A DNA stretch of 64,000 nucleotides from Negaprion brevirostris (lineage: Eukaryota), in assembly GCA_030324005.1 (NCBI GenBank), contig JARDVH010000163.1:33124887-33188886 (forward strand). The letters are read 5' to 3'. Numbering within the stretch: the first letter of the stretch is position 1; each line of letters begins with the position of its first letter. A model generated the notes under the pieces. It was not told the origin of the DNA, did not search any database, and saw nothing but the letters and a program-made list of their open reading frames with translations. Made by a program: the position numbers and the translations under genes. This document shows positions 23,521 to 35,227 of this stretch, in pieces.

Positions 23521-25413
23521 ATCTACACACAAGGAATAAAGCAGATGTTTTATAGAATTCTGTTACAAGAAAATGCTTATTTCAGTAAGTTGTTCATAAC
23601 ATGCTGGTGCATATATCAATATGACAGCACAAGATGTAAAATGAATTAGAGCGAGGTTTAAATGCTTGAAGCCTGTAATACAGCCTTTTCTCATATCTTT
23701 TAAGCAGTAAAAACCAAAAAGTTTGAAGCTTTTGTTCAGGGCATTACAACAGACGTGCCAATCCTTTTCCTCCAGCCCCAGTTCCATTTATGCTCTTTTT
23801 TTTTACAGCTTTGATCTTGCCTAAAGTTAATTTCCACAACTTTCTTCAGATAGGATCCTGATTTTGTGTTCCATGCATCCCAACGTGCACTTCACCTCTT
23901 TCCTAAAACGGGCAGGTACTCTGAGCTCTGAGGTTTTAATATTGGAAATGTCCAAAAACTTGAAAATTCCTCTTGCTCCCACAAAAATGTAAACTGTCTG
24001 TTTACAGTCTATGGTGTATTTATATTGAGTCTTCATGTTGGAATTCAAAGTTAGTACACACCTCTAAATACGCAGATGGAGTGGAGCTGGTCTGTTTGTA
24101 TGACTGGCTGTGAACAATGCACAATGTGTGTCATGTTTCCTCCATTACTAAAACAGCCCCCAAGAAGCCAGGGTTTCTCTTTCATCATAATCCTTCTTTT
24201 TCCTTCAACAAACTCATGTGTAAGAACATTGTTCCCATAGCTGGCGATGCTTTTCCCTTGCCTTTCTTGACAGAGAACAGAAAAACAGATTTGTTTGCTA
24301 GGGTGCTCCTGTTCGCTTCCACAGCTGTCAACCTCCCTTTCTCCATCACAATTTCCTTCTCTTTCGATTTTCTCAAAACTCTGTTTCTTTTCCTTAGTAC
24401 AGGCAGTCTACCCTTACACATTCTGGGCTAGATTTTCACAAGGCCTTAATTAAACTGCTTAAGAACAATAAGCTAACAGCATGGGTACAAATTACATCAA
24501 TGAAAAATCCAGGCATTTTGTTCTTTGTTGCTAGCTGGCTGAATGAAAATCACAACTTATTACATTCTCTCCTACAGAATGTCAGTCTGTCCTTGGAATT
24601 CAGCACTATAGAATGCCTAAACCTTCTTCATTCTTTCCTACTCCCTACAATTTTGAAACCAGATGTTTAAAACCCAAAATTGGTATCACTTAAATCACAA
24701 CTTTTATTTAATGACCTTTATGACCCATTCCTGTCTACAGTGCTCAAGAGCATTCAATAGGTTACTTATACTCTGTTCTTTCCGGCCAACCCATCCAGGG
24801 CTTTGGGATTTACAGAAATGGACAACTTCTCCATCAATGGCACTTACTGGCGAAGCGTCAGAATCCCAGCCAGGCAGTTCTATCAATAGGAATGGATTTT
24901 GTTCCGGTAATATCCATAGGTGGCCACTCCAACAGGGACAGGTCAGTTTGTGCTAGGTTTTAACCCAGAAGGAAAAAAAACAGTAGAAATGTTGGTCTTA
25001 ACTGGTGTTGCATACTTTAAAATGGAACACCAGTAAAATGGAATTCCTTCTAGGCGACTAGCTGTCAGAATATTTGTCTGCTGCAGGGTGAGTTCTTTCC
25101 AAGGCAGGGCTCTGGAATTTGCAGTTCTGGACTGTTTAGAAAAATTGGGAGCTGTCATCTGGCCCACCTCCACCATGACTCGCTGCTTCTGATCACTTAT
25201 GCTTGCTATTTCACCAGGCACAGCTCCTCCTAATTCACAGGTTCCTGATCTCGGTGNNNNNNNNNNNNNGTTGCTGCATGGAAAGGATGAACACACGAAT
25301 CTGCCACCTGGGCTTTTGAGTGATCATCTTTCATGTTTCCTGCTGGGATGGAAGGTGCAAAATGAGAAAAGCCGCGAGAGTTATCATACCCCTGATAGGC
25401 AGATGACCGACTT

Positions 25414-25697
25414 ACTGCTGCCTCGCAGAGCCAGGGACCCGAGTTCGATTCCTGCCTTGGGTCACTGTCTGTGCGGACTCTGCACATTCTCCACGTTTCT
25501 GTGTAAGTTTCCTCTGGGTGTTACAGTTTCCTCCCACAGTCAGAAAGACGTGCTGGTTGGGTGCATCGGCCATGCTAAATTCTCCCTCAGTGTACCCTAA
25601 CAGGCGCCATAGTGTGGCAACCAGGAGATTTTCACAGTAACTTCATTATGGTGTTAATCTAAGCCTACTTGAACACTAATAAATAAACTTGAAACTT
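25414..25697 (+). mobile_element. V-SINE type 2
   Basis: gggacccgagttcgattcc B box, V core, tail ttttcacagtaacttcatt..actaataaataaactt. Confidence 0.9.
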
Positions 25698-25929
25698 AAA
25701 AAAAAGCTTTAAAATTGTCAAGCTGAACTAAATGTGCATTTTCTTTCCTCAGGGATGAAAGAATACAAACATAAGATGGGCACTCTTCTGAATCAAACAA
25801 CCAGCAGCAAATGCTGGTGTCTGTGTGTCCTGCTCCATCTTACCAAGAGCCATGAAGCCTGGTTATCCTATCCCGAGTCTTACTCCTCTTCCTTGTGTTA
25901 TGTGCTGTTTTCTAGAAAGAGAGGTCAAG

Positions 25930-26310
25930 AGTTAATGTCAGGCAACTGAAAATGAAAGATGGCTTCTGCATGTGTTGAGGGGGAAATGGAGCAAGATGCA
26001 AGCAGGATGCTGAGGTGATGAATGAAAAGCAAGAGTGTGAAATGAGGAAGGAATCACGAGGGAAATTCCTGGTTGTGCATTTGCTACCATGTGGGAAGAG
26101 ATTGCTGTTAGTTGTTGCTGTGAATTCAGGCAGCAAACAAGAGGCGAGTGTGTGTCTAGAAATGGGAGATAGTATAATATGTCTTTGTGATTAGTGGAGA
26201 AGGATGAGATACAGGAGAGGGAATTATTAGAGAGTTGAGGGAGGACAGGAAGGGATTGTTTCCAGATGTTATGCAGAGAGGGGTGAAGAAAGGAAGAGTT
26301 ATACTACCCT
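25930..26310 (-). mobile_element. Decayed L2-like LINE fragment
   Basis: Purine-rich plus strand; minus translation FLSSLNSL..SP resembles the L2 endonuclease region. Confidence 0.3.
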
Positions 26311-26562
26311 TTTGTCCTTCTCATGTCTTTCCTGCATTCAGTTTAGTCCTTGGTGTGATGCTTTTGGGATTCACAGGCTCAGCCATCTCTCTTCAGGTCT
26401 GCTGCCTGTAACCCTTCTTTCTAATTCTGGGAAAGTGAACCTCCCTCACTGCTCTAACCTCTTCAACCTGAACTTCCAGGAAAGGTTCCGATAACCTGAG
26501 GTTGTCTAGCAATTCATTTGGAAAAATTAGCTCTGCAGCTTTTTTTCACAATCCAAAAGACC

Positions 26563-26762
26563 CATAGAATCCCTGTTGCACAGAAGGAGGCCATTCAGCC
26601 CATCAAGTCTGCACCGACTCTCCGAAAGACCATCTTACCAGGCCCACAACCCCATGCTATTCACATAACCCTGCACATTTACCAAAACTAATCCATCTAA
26701 CCGACACACCTTTGGACACCAAGGAGCAATTTGGTATGGCCAATCCACCTATCCTGCAGATT
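26563..26762 (-). mobile_element. HE1 V-SINE 3' half, broken by a Rex1-like tail
   Basis: Ends at ccaatccacctatcctgcagat, followed directly by ttgattt..attattgtcac. Confidence 0.85.
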
Positions 26763-26944
26763 TTTTATTGACTTGATTTAATTTGATTTATTATTGTCAC
26801 TNNNNNNNNNNNNNNNNNNNNNNNNNNNNNNNNNNNNNNNNNNNNNNNNNNNNNNNNNNNNNNNNNNNNNNNNNNNNNNNNNNNNNNNNNNNNNNNNNNN
26901 NTTTAAGTAACAATAGAGTTTTAAAATTTATTTTAAAGATTTAG

Positions 26945-27219
26945 AAGTTTATTTATTAGTGTCACAAGTAGGCTCACATTAACACTGCAATGAAGTTACT
27001 GTGAAAATCCCTCAGTCACCACACTCCGGCACCTGTTTGGGTACACTGAGGGAGAATTTAGCAGGGCAAATTCACCTAACCAGCACGTCTTTCAGACTGC
27101 ACCTGGAGGAAACCCACACAGAAACAGGGAGAATGTACAAACTCCGCACAGACAGTGACCCAAGCCGGGAATCAAACCCAGGTCCCTGAAAGCAGTGTTA
27201 CCCACTGTGCCAACATGCA
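26945..27219 (-). mobile_element. V-SINE type 2
   Basis: aagtttatttattagtgtcacaagtaggc.. tail and tRNA head. Confidence 0.9.
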
Positions 27220-27516
27220 CGGCAGCAAGATTTCAGTGTAGTTTGCTAACTTTGACTGGACATATTCAAGGCATTTCATCAACTGATCTCCAACCTCCAG
27301 CCACCCCATCCTGTGCTGTCCCACTCCCCCAGTTTGGATTTTATCAAATCTCCAATATTTCTGTTACTAATAATCAAAAGTGTTCAAAAGAAGATGGAAA
27401 AACAGCGTCCATGATTTGTCACTGGGGAGAACTAGCAACAATGTCCGGGGGATTAACATTTAATTCCGGAAGACTCCAGAACAGTCCAGGAGGATTAGAC
27501 TGAAGTATTAATCTAT

Positions 27517-27768
27517 GTTTGATTTGATTTATTATTGTCACATGTATTAGCATACAGTGAAAAGTATTGTTTCTTGCGCACTGCGCAGACGAAGCATACC
27601 ATTCAAAAAGAAGGAAACGAGAGAGTGCAGAATGCAGTGTTACGGTCATAGCTAGGGTGTAGAGAAAGATCAACTTCATGCGAGATCAGTCCATTCAAAA
27701 GTCTGACAGCCGCAGGGAAGGAGGTGTTCTTGAATTGGTTGGTACTTGACCTCAGACTTTTGTATCTT
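27517..27768 (-). mobile_element. Rex1/Babar-like LINE 3' end
   Basis: (ttgat)n terminal repeats, attattgtcacatg, and cagggaag.ag.tgttctt (reverse of an NSFFP-type C-terminal motif). Confidence 0.65.
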
Positions 27769-27906
27769 GGAGTTTGGGAGGAAACCGGAGGACCCAGAGG
27801 AAACCAACACAGACATGGGGAGAATGTACAAACTCCACACAGACCAGAATTGAACCGAGATCCCTGTTGCTGTGAGGCAACAGTGCTAACCGGTATGCCA
27901 CCGTGC
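27769..27906 (-). mobile_element. HE1 V-SINE 5' half
   Basis: gggaggaaaccggag..gaattgaacc..tgtgaggcaacagtgctaacc. Confidence 0.88.
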
Positions 27907-28839
27907 TGTGTTTAAGTAGCACATTTTCACATTTAATGGGCATCAGCTGGCTTGCTGGAAATTCCACTCTGCAGCTGGCCCACACTTGATGTCATTTGAT
28001 GGACTGCTCACCTTCATATGATAGCAGTGGCAATTAAAGTCAATGGGTCTCACACTGCAGAAATAATTTGTGCCCACTGCCTCACTCAACTGTTCCCTAC
28101 ACCCAAATCCCAATTTTAGTTGAATCTTCCTTGCTAGTTTCCAGTAAATTTAAATAGGATTTTGTCCAGTGCAAAATAAAAAAGGGCCAATAAATAGTTT
28201 ATTTTCCCAACTTGGTGAAAAGAGGCAGATATACAAAAAAACTTACCCGTATATACCATTTATTGATTTTCAAAAATAAACCTGTGTTTCCCACAAGTTT
28301 AGGTCATGCATGTTAATAAAATATCCACCAATGCTAGTAGGAAGTTCAAAATATAATGGCTTTCTCAAAATTAGTGAAAGCATCAGCATTTAAACTTCCA
28401 AATGAAGTAGTTTTCCATTTACCAAAAATAGTGCGAATTGTGCCCACTATGGAAGCCCTTTTATGTGGACCTTTTCACTAATCCCTCTCAAATTCCATTA
28501 CAATAAAACCTACACATACACAGTTTTTAAATGTACAGGGAAAATACTAGTTATTTTGTAAAGAAAAAACAAATTACAGCAGCAGTTATGAGATGCTTAT
28601 CCATGATTTAAAAGTAGCTCTTACGTAAGAGGTAGGGTGGAAATAAATCTGGTTATCTATTTTAAAGTTTTACCTTCCATCAATGTTGATCAGTGTACCT
28701 GACACATGTTTTAATAACTCCTAACATCCTGATCTGGGCAATCACAAGTACATAATCCCCACAAACAGTCTTTGTTAGTGAGCTCCCCCACGACCCACCN
28801 NNNNNNNNNTCCACCCCTCCACCACCCCCCCCCCCTGTC

Positions 28840-29135
28840 TTTTTTTATTCATTTGGGGATGTGAGTAGTATTACCAAAGCTGGTATCTACTGACCAGAGT
28901 CAGAAATAGGTCAAACCAGGTGAGGACAGCAGATTTCCTTCCCTAAAGGGGACAATACTTGAATCAGTTGAGTTTTTACGGGATAGATTCATGGTTGCTT
29001 TCAGTCATGCCAATATTTCGTTTCCAGATATTTTAAACTGAATTTAACTTGCCACAGTGAGATTGGATTTGTAATATCTGGATTCTGAGCCCAGGCTTCC
29101 ATTTTATTCTTGCAGTAACATCTCCCACCCATTTA
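28840..29135 (-). mobile_element. Decayed SINE sharing its 3' tail with the 19826-22440 LINE family
   Basis: ttttttattcatt.ggggatgtgag tail, cagatttccttccctaaa body, reverse tRNA-like head. Confidence 0.55.
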
Positions 29136-29879
29136 CACCATTCCCAAAATAAGCAGATTTTCTCATCTCTTAGCCTAGAAATTACTGTTGGCGACAATAA
29201 TGGACAAATTTTTTTTTGTTGGTGTGACATTCATCTGCAGGTATACATGTTTTAAAGATAGAATGGCATTACATATGCAGGCAATAAACAGTTATCTGTT
29301 AATTTCTAGGTTATATTAATTATCAGAGCTTCCTTCGCTTTTTAAAATTGTACGACGCACGATTACTGAGACCAGCCACCAGTCACCTCTTTTTTCATCC
29401 AAGGCTCCTGCTAATCAGACCAGGTTGGGTAAGGCGAGACTGGATGGTGCCATTTTAGATAACATTAACTCAATTTCTTACTTAATCAACGTAAGAACTG
29501 AATTATAGATTCTTGTTGGACGTCATGGCTTTAAAATTGAAGAACTATTTTATTGCTATTAAAGTTATTAACAAAAAAGTTAATACTTTAATTGTGATCA
29601 TGCCAGATGAAATTGGAAAGGTTCTGCCAGCAATGGTTATATTCCCAGTTATATTCCCAGCTACGTAATCCAGTTAAAACAGGTATCAGCAACAATACGA
29701 GATCACACATAATCCCATCTGTTGGTATGCACTGCAAGCAGAGGACATTTGTTGTATAATGTCTGCTTGCCTTATTGCAAGGACTGCAATATCATGTTGC
29801 AATTCTTCTCTCTTCCTCTAGCCTTTAAAATGCCCCTTAACAACAATCCTCCATGATTACAAACTTTTGGCCGACCAAC

Positions 29880-30040
29880 CCTTTTTTTAATTCATTTTTG
29901 GCTGGCCAGCATTTATTGTCCATCCCTAGTGGCTTGATGGCAGTTGAAAGTCAACCACATTGCTGTGGCTTTGGAGTCACATGAAGGCCTGACTGAGTAA
30001 AGATGGTAGATTTCCTCCCCTAAGAGAATTAGCAAACCAG
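29880..30040 (-). mobile_element. Same SINE family, 3' part
   Basis: ggctggccagcatttattgtccatcccta..gtcaaccacattgctgtgg..agatttcctcccc. Confidence 0.65.
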
Positions 30041-30407
30041 NNNNNNNNNNNNNNNNNNNNNNNNNNNNNNNNNNNNNNNNNNNNNNNNNNNNNNNNNNNN
30101 NNNNNNNNNNNNNNNNNNNNNNNNNNNNNNNNNNNNNNNNNNNNNNNNNNNNNNNNNNNNNNNNNNNNNNNNNNNNNNNNNNNNNNNNNNNNNNNNNNNN
30201 NNNNNNNNNNNNNNNNNNNNNNNNNNNNNNNNNNNNNNNNNNNNNNNNNNNNNNNNNNNNNNNNNNNNNNNNNNNNNNNNNNNNNNNNNNNNNNNNNNNN
30301 NNNNNNNNNNNNNNNNNNNNNNNNNNNNNNNNNNNNNNNNNNNNNNNNNNNNNNNNNNNNNNNNNNNNNNNNNNNNNNNNNNNNNNNNNNNNNNNNNNNN
30401 NNNNNNN

Positions 30408-30510
30408 CCACATATTTAATCTGCTAATCCTCTGAATCTAAGGGGCAATTTAGCATTCCTAATCAATCTAACCTGCACATCTTTGGACTGTGGAAGGAAA
30501 CCAGAACACC
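30408..30510 (-). mobile_element. HE1 fragment
   Basis: ggggcaatttagc..ctaacctgcacatctttggactgtgg. Confidence 0.8.
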
Positions 30511-31599
30511 ATGTTGATGTTGCAGGGATGTTATAGTTATTTTACTAATAAAGTTTTTGAAAGAAATGGCTACAATAATTTCACTTACATGCACTCTCCA
30601 TATGTTGTATTTTATGAAGCCCTCAATAAATAAAGAGTCACAAACAGGAGATTTGACATTTGCAGTTCATTTAAAATCTAGTGTCTTGTCTGAATTATTA
30701 GTTCAAGGTAAAGTTGCTCTTTACTTACTGGGTTCGGGGTGAGATAGCCATTTTCATATTTACTTAGGCAAATACTTTTGCTTTGTTTCCTCTGCTACTG
30801 ATGGCTAAGAATTTGAAATTTGTTTTGAAAAACTGATTTTTTTCTTCTGATTCCTTTGTGTTGACACTTAGGAATGTGGAATTTATACCTCAGAATGTTA
30901 CTTTATTGTTTCCACCTTTCTGTTGATTCTTCAGGAATTTAGAATGTGTTCTTCCACTCAGACATTGCTATCAGGATTCAATAATGTCTAGTCAGTAGCT
31001 TTGATTTGTAGCAATACGTTAATTATTAATCATAAGCAGCACATGCAAAACTCTCAGAGCAACACTTTGGGAAAACAAGCACAAGGTAAAACATGTCTAA
31101 AATTTTAAAAGTATAAATAGATTCATTGATTTTCTTGAGTGCTTGCTTCTGTGAGAAGAACAGTGCCGTCATTTTTTAGAAAGCAAATGATTTTGTCCTC
31201 AACTTGCTTCTCTTTCCTAGCACCTACCACCACAATTTTCCTTCTGTTCCTAGATGGTAATTCCACAGGCAACATCACTCATTCTCTCGGACCATCTCTC
31301 CATTGGTGAACTGAAACTTTAAAAAGATGCTCGGAGAAGGTCATTCACCAAATTCTTTTATTCTGACCAAAGATGCCAATCAAGGACAATTGTAATGTCT
31401 TCAATGTGACCCCATACATTAGGCAGCTCCATGTCGTTTTCTGGCATGAAGCTGACAGCGCTGGAAATCTGGCACTGGGAGACATGCAGAGGCCCGGAAG
31501 CGCAGCATGAATTGGCCACCACTTAAGTGTCCTGACCGGATGGGAGAATCACCCCTATTTAAAAATGGGCAGATTTCTCTAAGCACGGTAGCAGTTAGC

Positions 31600-32480
31600 G
31601 TTGACACCACAAGGAGTTAATTTGAATTAAGTAATTAAGTCTAATGCTTAGGCCCACTATTTAAATAATAGGGTGGCATGAACGCAGATGACCCTTATTT
31701 GAACCAAAACGATTCTTCCCACTTTTTAATGAGCTATGCATCAAAATCAACCAACCCCTTAGGCGTCTGTTCATTTTGCCAAGGTCATTAAGGGCTTCTA
31801 AAGGGGTCACACATTTCTGTCCTTCCAGTCCATTATATGTCATGTTCATTTGACAATTCTGCACAAGACAGGTGCTTCAACAGACCAAACAAAGGCATGT
31901 CATTGACAGTTTATTTGCTATCTCTACACTTCTCCTCTGTGGACGCACAACTCTTTCAACTATTGTGGGATTGCTGGCCTGACAATTCCTGACACCTCTG
32001 AGATACTGAAGAGCTTTTGTTCTTTGACACAAAAGGCTGGGGACTGTGATTACTGTAACACAGTTTGCATGAGCTATATGTTCCCATTGTTCTCCAATCT
32101 ATATTCTGATAGTCAAATGACAAGTGAAGCCTCGGGAATGGCTGCTTGGGATGATTCAAATTCAGAGAATAAAGTGTAAAGTAATTTTCATGCAGAATCA
32201 GCTCATTTGTGTTTTTTTTATATAGTACCATCTGAAAATTTGTAATACTCTCAAGCGAAACTAAAGATTACAAACCTCTATTTCAGTATTCCGTGCGACA
32301 TCATTACTTCAGTTAAACCAGAACAGACGGTTTCAAGAAGTTACTGAAACAGAAAACAGGCCTGGATAGTTATATTAATGATATTATTTTCAGAATAATC
32401 TCACTGGTGTGTGCGTCAGCAGGTTAGTGAATCAGGCAATAAACTCACTCGTGAGATTCGAATGAGGTTTTCTTTGCTGC
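31600..32480. promoter_or_regulatory. Candidate conserved non-coding enhancer island
   Basis: Tandem aattaagtaattaag, ccaaggtca nuclear-receptor half-site (31779), aacaaag Sox site, inverted tgtca/tgacag TALE sites (31898-31909), retained CpGs; inference only. Confidence 0.45.
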
Positions 32481-32995
32481 AGTGAGTGGATTTCGAATTG
32501 ACACCTGAAAGACAAAATGGCCCAGAATTAAAATCCAGGCTAATATATACTTCCAAGTTTTCATTCTCTTATCCAATGTTAGAGAGGGTTTTGCAAATAC
32601 AGGCTGATTGGATTTGTCTGTACCTTGCCTGTTGCGAACAGCAGCTGGAACAAGTTAGTCAATACATTCCATCAGTCTTTGGGACATGTAACCAACATAT
32701 CTGGCATGATACTGGCATTTGGCATTGTAATTCATGTACCACATTACTGATGTGTGTAATTGGCATAAGGTCTTTTTAGCCTAATGACAGTATCCTGGTA
32801 GTGGTGAATACCACTTGTGTTACTACTGCAGAATAGCAGTTTGAAACTGCTGGTTCCACATTTTGCTCAAATTTTTAAGATAACTTGCCCTTCTAGTGTA
32901 ATCTGAGGTAGACTGGCTAATTTCAGGATTGAAAGGTCCATTCTTGAGTTCTTGCGAAATACAGCACGAAACAAATTTATCAGTGGAGCCAGGAT

Positions 32996-33122
32996 GGGTG
33001 GAATTTTCCTGTCCCGCCTGCCACGGGAATCATAGTGGTCAGGACATGGACCATGCAAAGGTCCATTGATCACGGGCTGGATTTCCTGGCCTAGGGACGA
33101 GTGAGGCCGGAAAATCCCAGCT
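32996..33122. mobile_element. 127-bp MITE, TSD GAT
   Basis: gat|gggtggaattttcc ... ggaaaatcccagct|gat; same family as 17220 (opposite orientation) and 34819. Confidence 0.78.
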
Positions 33123-33319
33123 GATGTCTTTGTCGTGCATCAAGTTTGCACAATGAGCAAATGTCTCAGGTGTTTGTTGATAAGACCAATCTCACAGGGC
33201 ATAGGACAGTAAGAATCCCAACATGGGATTGTTCAGAGAAAGGTAGGCCTGTGGCATACCATGGTAGAGAACTCTCTGGCAGATTTCTCAATTGGTACAA
33301 TAAGGAAGGGGAGTTCATT

Positions 33320-34125
33320 CAAGGAGTGCCACATAGGAGACTGTTAAATAAGTTAAGTACCCATGGTGTTAAGGGTGAGATCCTGACATGGATAGAGGAT
33401 TGGCTGACTGGCAGAAGGCAGAGAATGGGGATAAAGGGTCTTTTTCAGGATGGCAGCCTGTGATTAGTGGTGTGCCTCAGGGGTCAGTGCTGGGACCACA
33501 ACTATTCACAATATACATGAACGATTTGGAGGAAGGAACTTGTTACTAAGTTTGCAGATGATACAAAGATATGCAGAGGGACAGATAGTATTGAAGAAGG
33601 AGGGGGGCTGCAGAAAGACTTGGACAGGTTAGGAGAGTGGACAAAGAAGTGGCAGATGGAATACAATGTGGAAAAGTGTGAGGNNNNNNNNNNNNNNNNN
33701 NNNNNNNNNNNNNNNNNNNNNNNNNNNNNNNNNNNNNNNATGGGAAAATGCTAAAGAAATCAGAAACACAAAGGGGCTTGGGAGTCATTGTTCAAGGTTT
33801 TCCTAAGATTAATGTGCAGGTTCAGTCAGCAGTTAGGAAAGCAAATGTAATGTTAGCATTCATGTCGAGAGGGTGAGAATACAAGAGCGGGGATGTACTT
33901 CTGAGGCTGAATAAGGCTCTGGTCAGACCCCATTTGGAATATTGTGAGCAGTTTTCGGCCCCATATCTAAGGAAGGATGTGCTGGCCTTGGAAAAGGTCC
34001 AGAGGAGGTTCACAAGAATGATCCCTAGAATGATGAGCTTGTCGAATGAGAACTCTGGGTCTGTACTCATTGGAGTTTAGAAGGATGAGGGGGGATCTTA
34101 TTGAAAGTTACAGGATTATGCGAAT
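33320..34125 (+). mobile_element. CR1 LINE reverse-transcriptase fragment
   Basis: [59 protein letters not shown]. Confidence 0.95.
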
Positions 34126-34144
34126 GATCATTATGAATGAGGGT

Positions 34145-34525
34145 AGATGGCTAAATACTTGGCAAAAGAGGTAGCCTTTAAGTAGCATCTTAAAGGTAGA
34201 AAGAGAAGTGGCAAGATTTCAGGAGAGAATTTTAAAGTTTGGAATCCAAGCAACTGGAGGCACAGTCACCAATAATGGAATTAGGGGTAAAATTAGGGGT
34301 ATTCAAAAATCCAGAATTAGTTGAATGCAGGTATTTTGGAGGTTTGTGAGAAGAGAGATGGACAGAGGTGAGGCCATAGAAGGATTTTTTTAAAAAGTGG
34401 AAAAGAATGTTAACAATTAGGTAAATTTTAACCAGGAACTAATGCAGATCAGTGAACAAGAAGTTGGTTGTGAGTAAGGACAATGACAGTAGGATTTTGG
34501 ATGACTTCAAGATTATGGAGTTAAC
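34145..34525 (-). mobile_element. L2 LINE 3' fragment
   Basis: aaagaggtagcctttaagtagcatcttaaagg..ttttggatgacttcaag, reverse-homologous to 41750-41950. Confidence 0.65.
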
Positions 34526-34818
34526 CAAGTTTACAATTGAATCGAAACATCAAGGGTAAACAACTGTTTAGAGGGCTGCTTGACATTTTAAAAGCATCCA
34601 ATACATCAATAAAGTTTCTACTGCACGTTGTCTAGTCAAAATCGCACAGCACAGAAGCTGTGGGGATATGACCCTTGAGAAATCTATCACTACAGGAACG
34701 CTTCATCATAATGTAACCATTCCTCTATGGTGCTATAGGAGAAACAATTATGATGGTAAACCATTGTAATGGCTATCAAATTTCCCTTTATAGAGTATTC
34801 CCAACAAACATAGATACA

Positions 34819-34943
34819 TGCCGTAATTCTACTGCCCCACCTGCCACGGTATCGGAGTGAGTAAGAGGCGGACAACGGAAATATCCATTGACCTTGGGTG
34901 GGATTTTCGAGTCTCACTTGAGCAAGGCCATAAAATCCCGGCC
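34819..34943. mobile_element. 125-bp MITE, TSD ACA
   Basis: aca|tgccgtaattctac ... ataaaatcccggcc|aca. Confidence 0.78.
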
Positions 34944-35049
34944 ACACCCTTTAGGACCCCTTGCAAATATTAGCAAATACACCTTTACTTCTAGTGCCGA
35001 CTTCTAAAAGGTAGTGCCAGCTAGAGACTAAAGGAAACTCATCTTCCCG

Positions 35050-35225
35050 ACTTGGAAATATATTGTCGTTCCTTCCCTGTCACTGGGTCAAAATTCTGGA
35101 ACTCCCTCCCTAACTGCACGTCATATGTACCTACACCACAAGGACGGCAACAGTTCAAGAAGATAACTCACCACCATCTTCTCAAAGGCAATGAGGGATA
35201 GGCAGTAGGTGATGGCCTATCTAGA
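35050..35225 (+). mobile_element. 3' tail of the 19826-22440 LINE family
   Basis: gacttggaaatatat..gggtcaaaattctggaactccctccctaac..ctcaccaccatcttctcaa. Confidence 0.85.
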
Positions 35226-35227
35226 GC

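Noticed and set aside
24185-24421. Lys/Arg-rich 78-aa minus ORF
   Set aside because: Reflects a T/C-rich plus strand; no domain and no convincing splice context
28246-28285. Minus-strand donor gg|gtaagt with a 36-bp open micro-exon
   Set aside because: Upstream acceptor lacks a polypyrimidine tract and no partner exons were found
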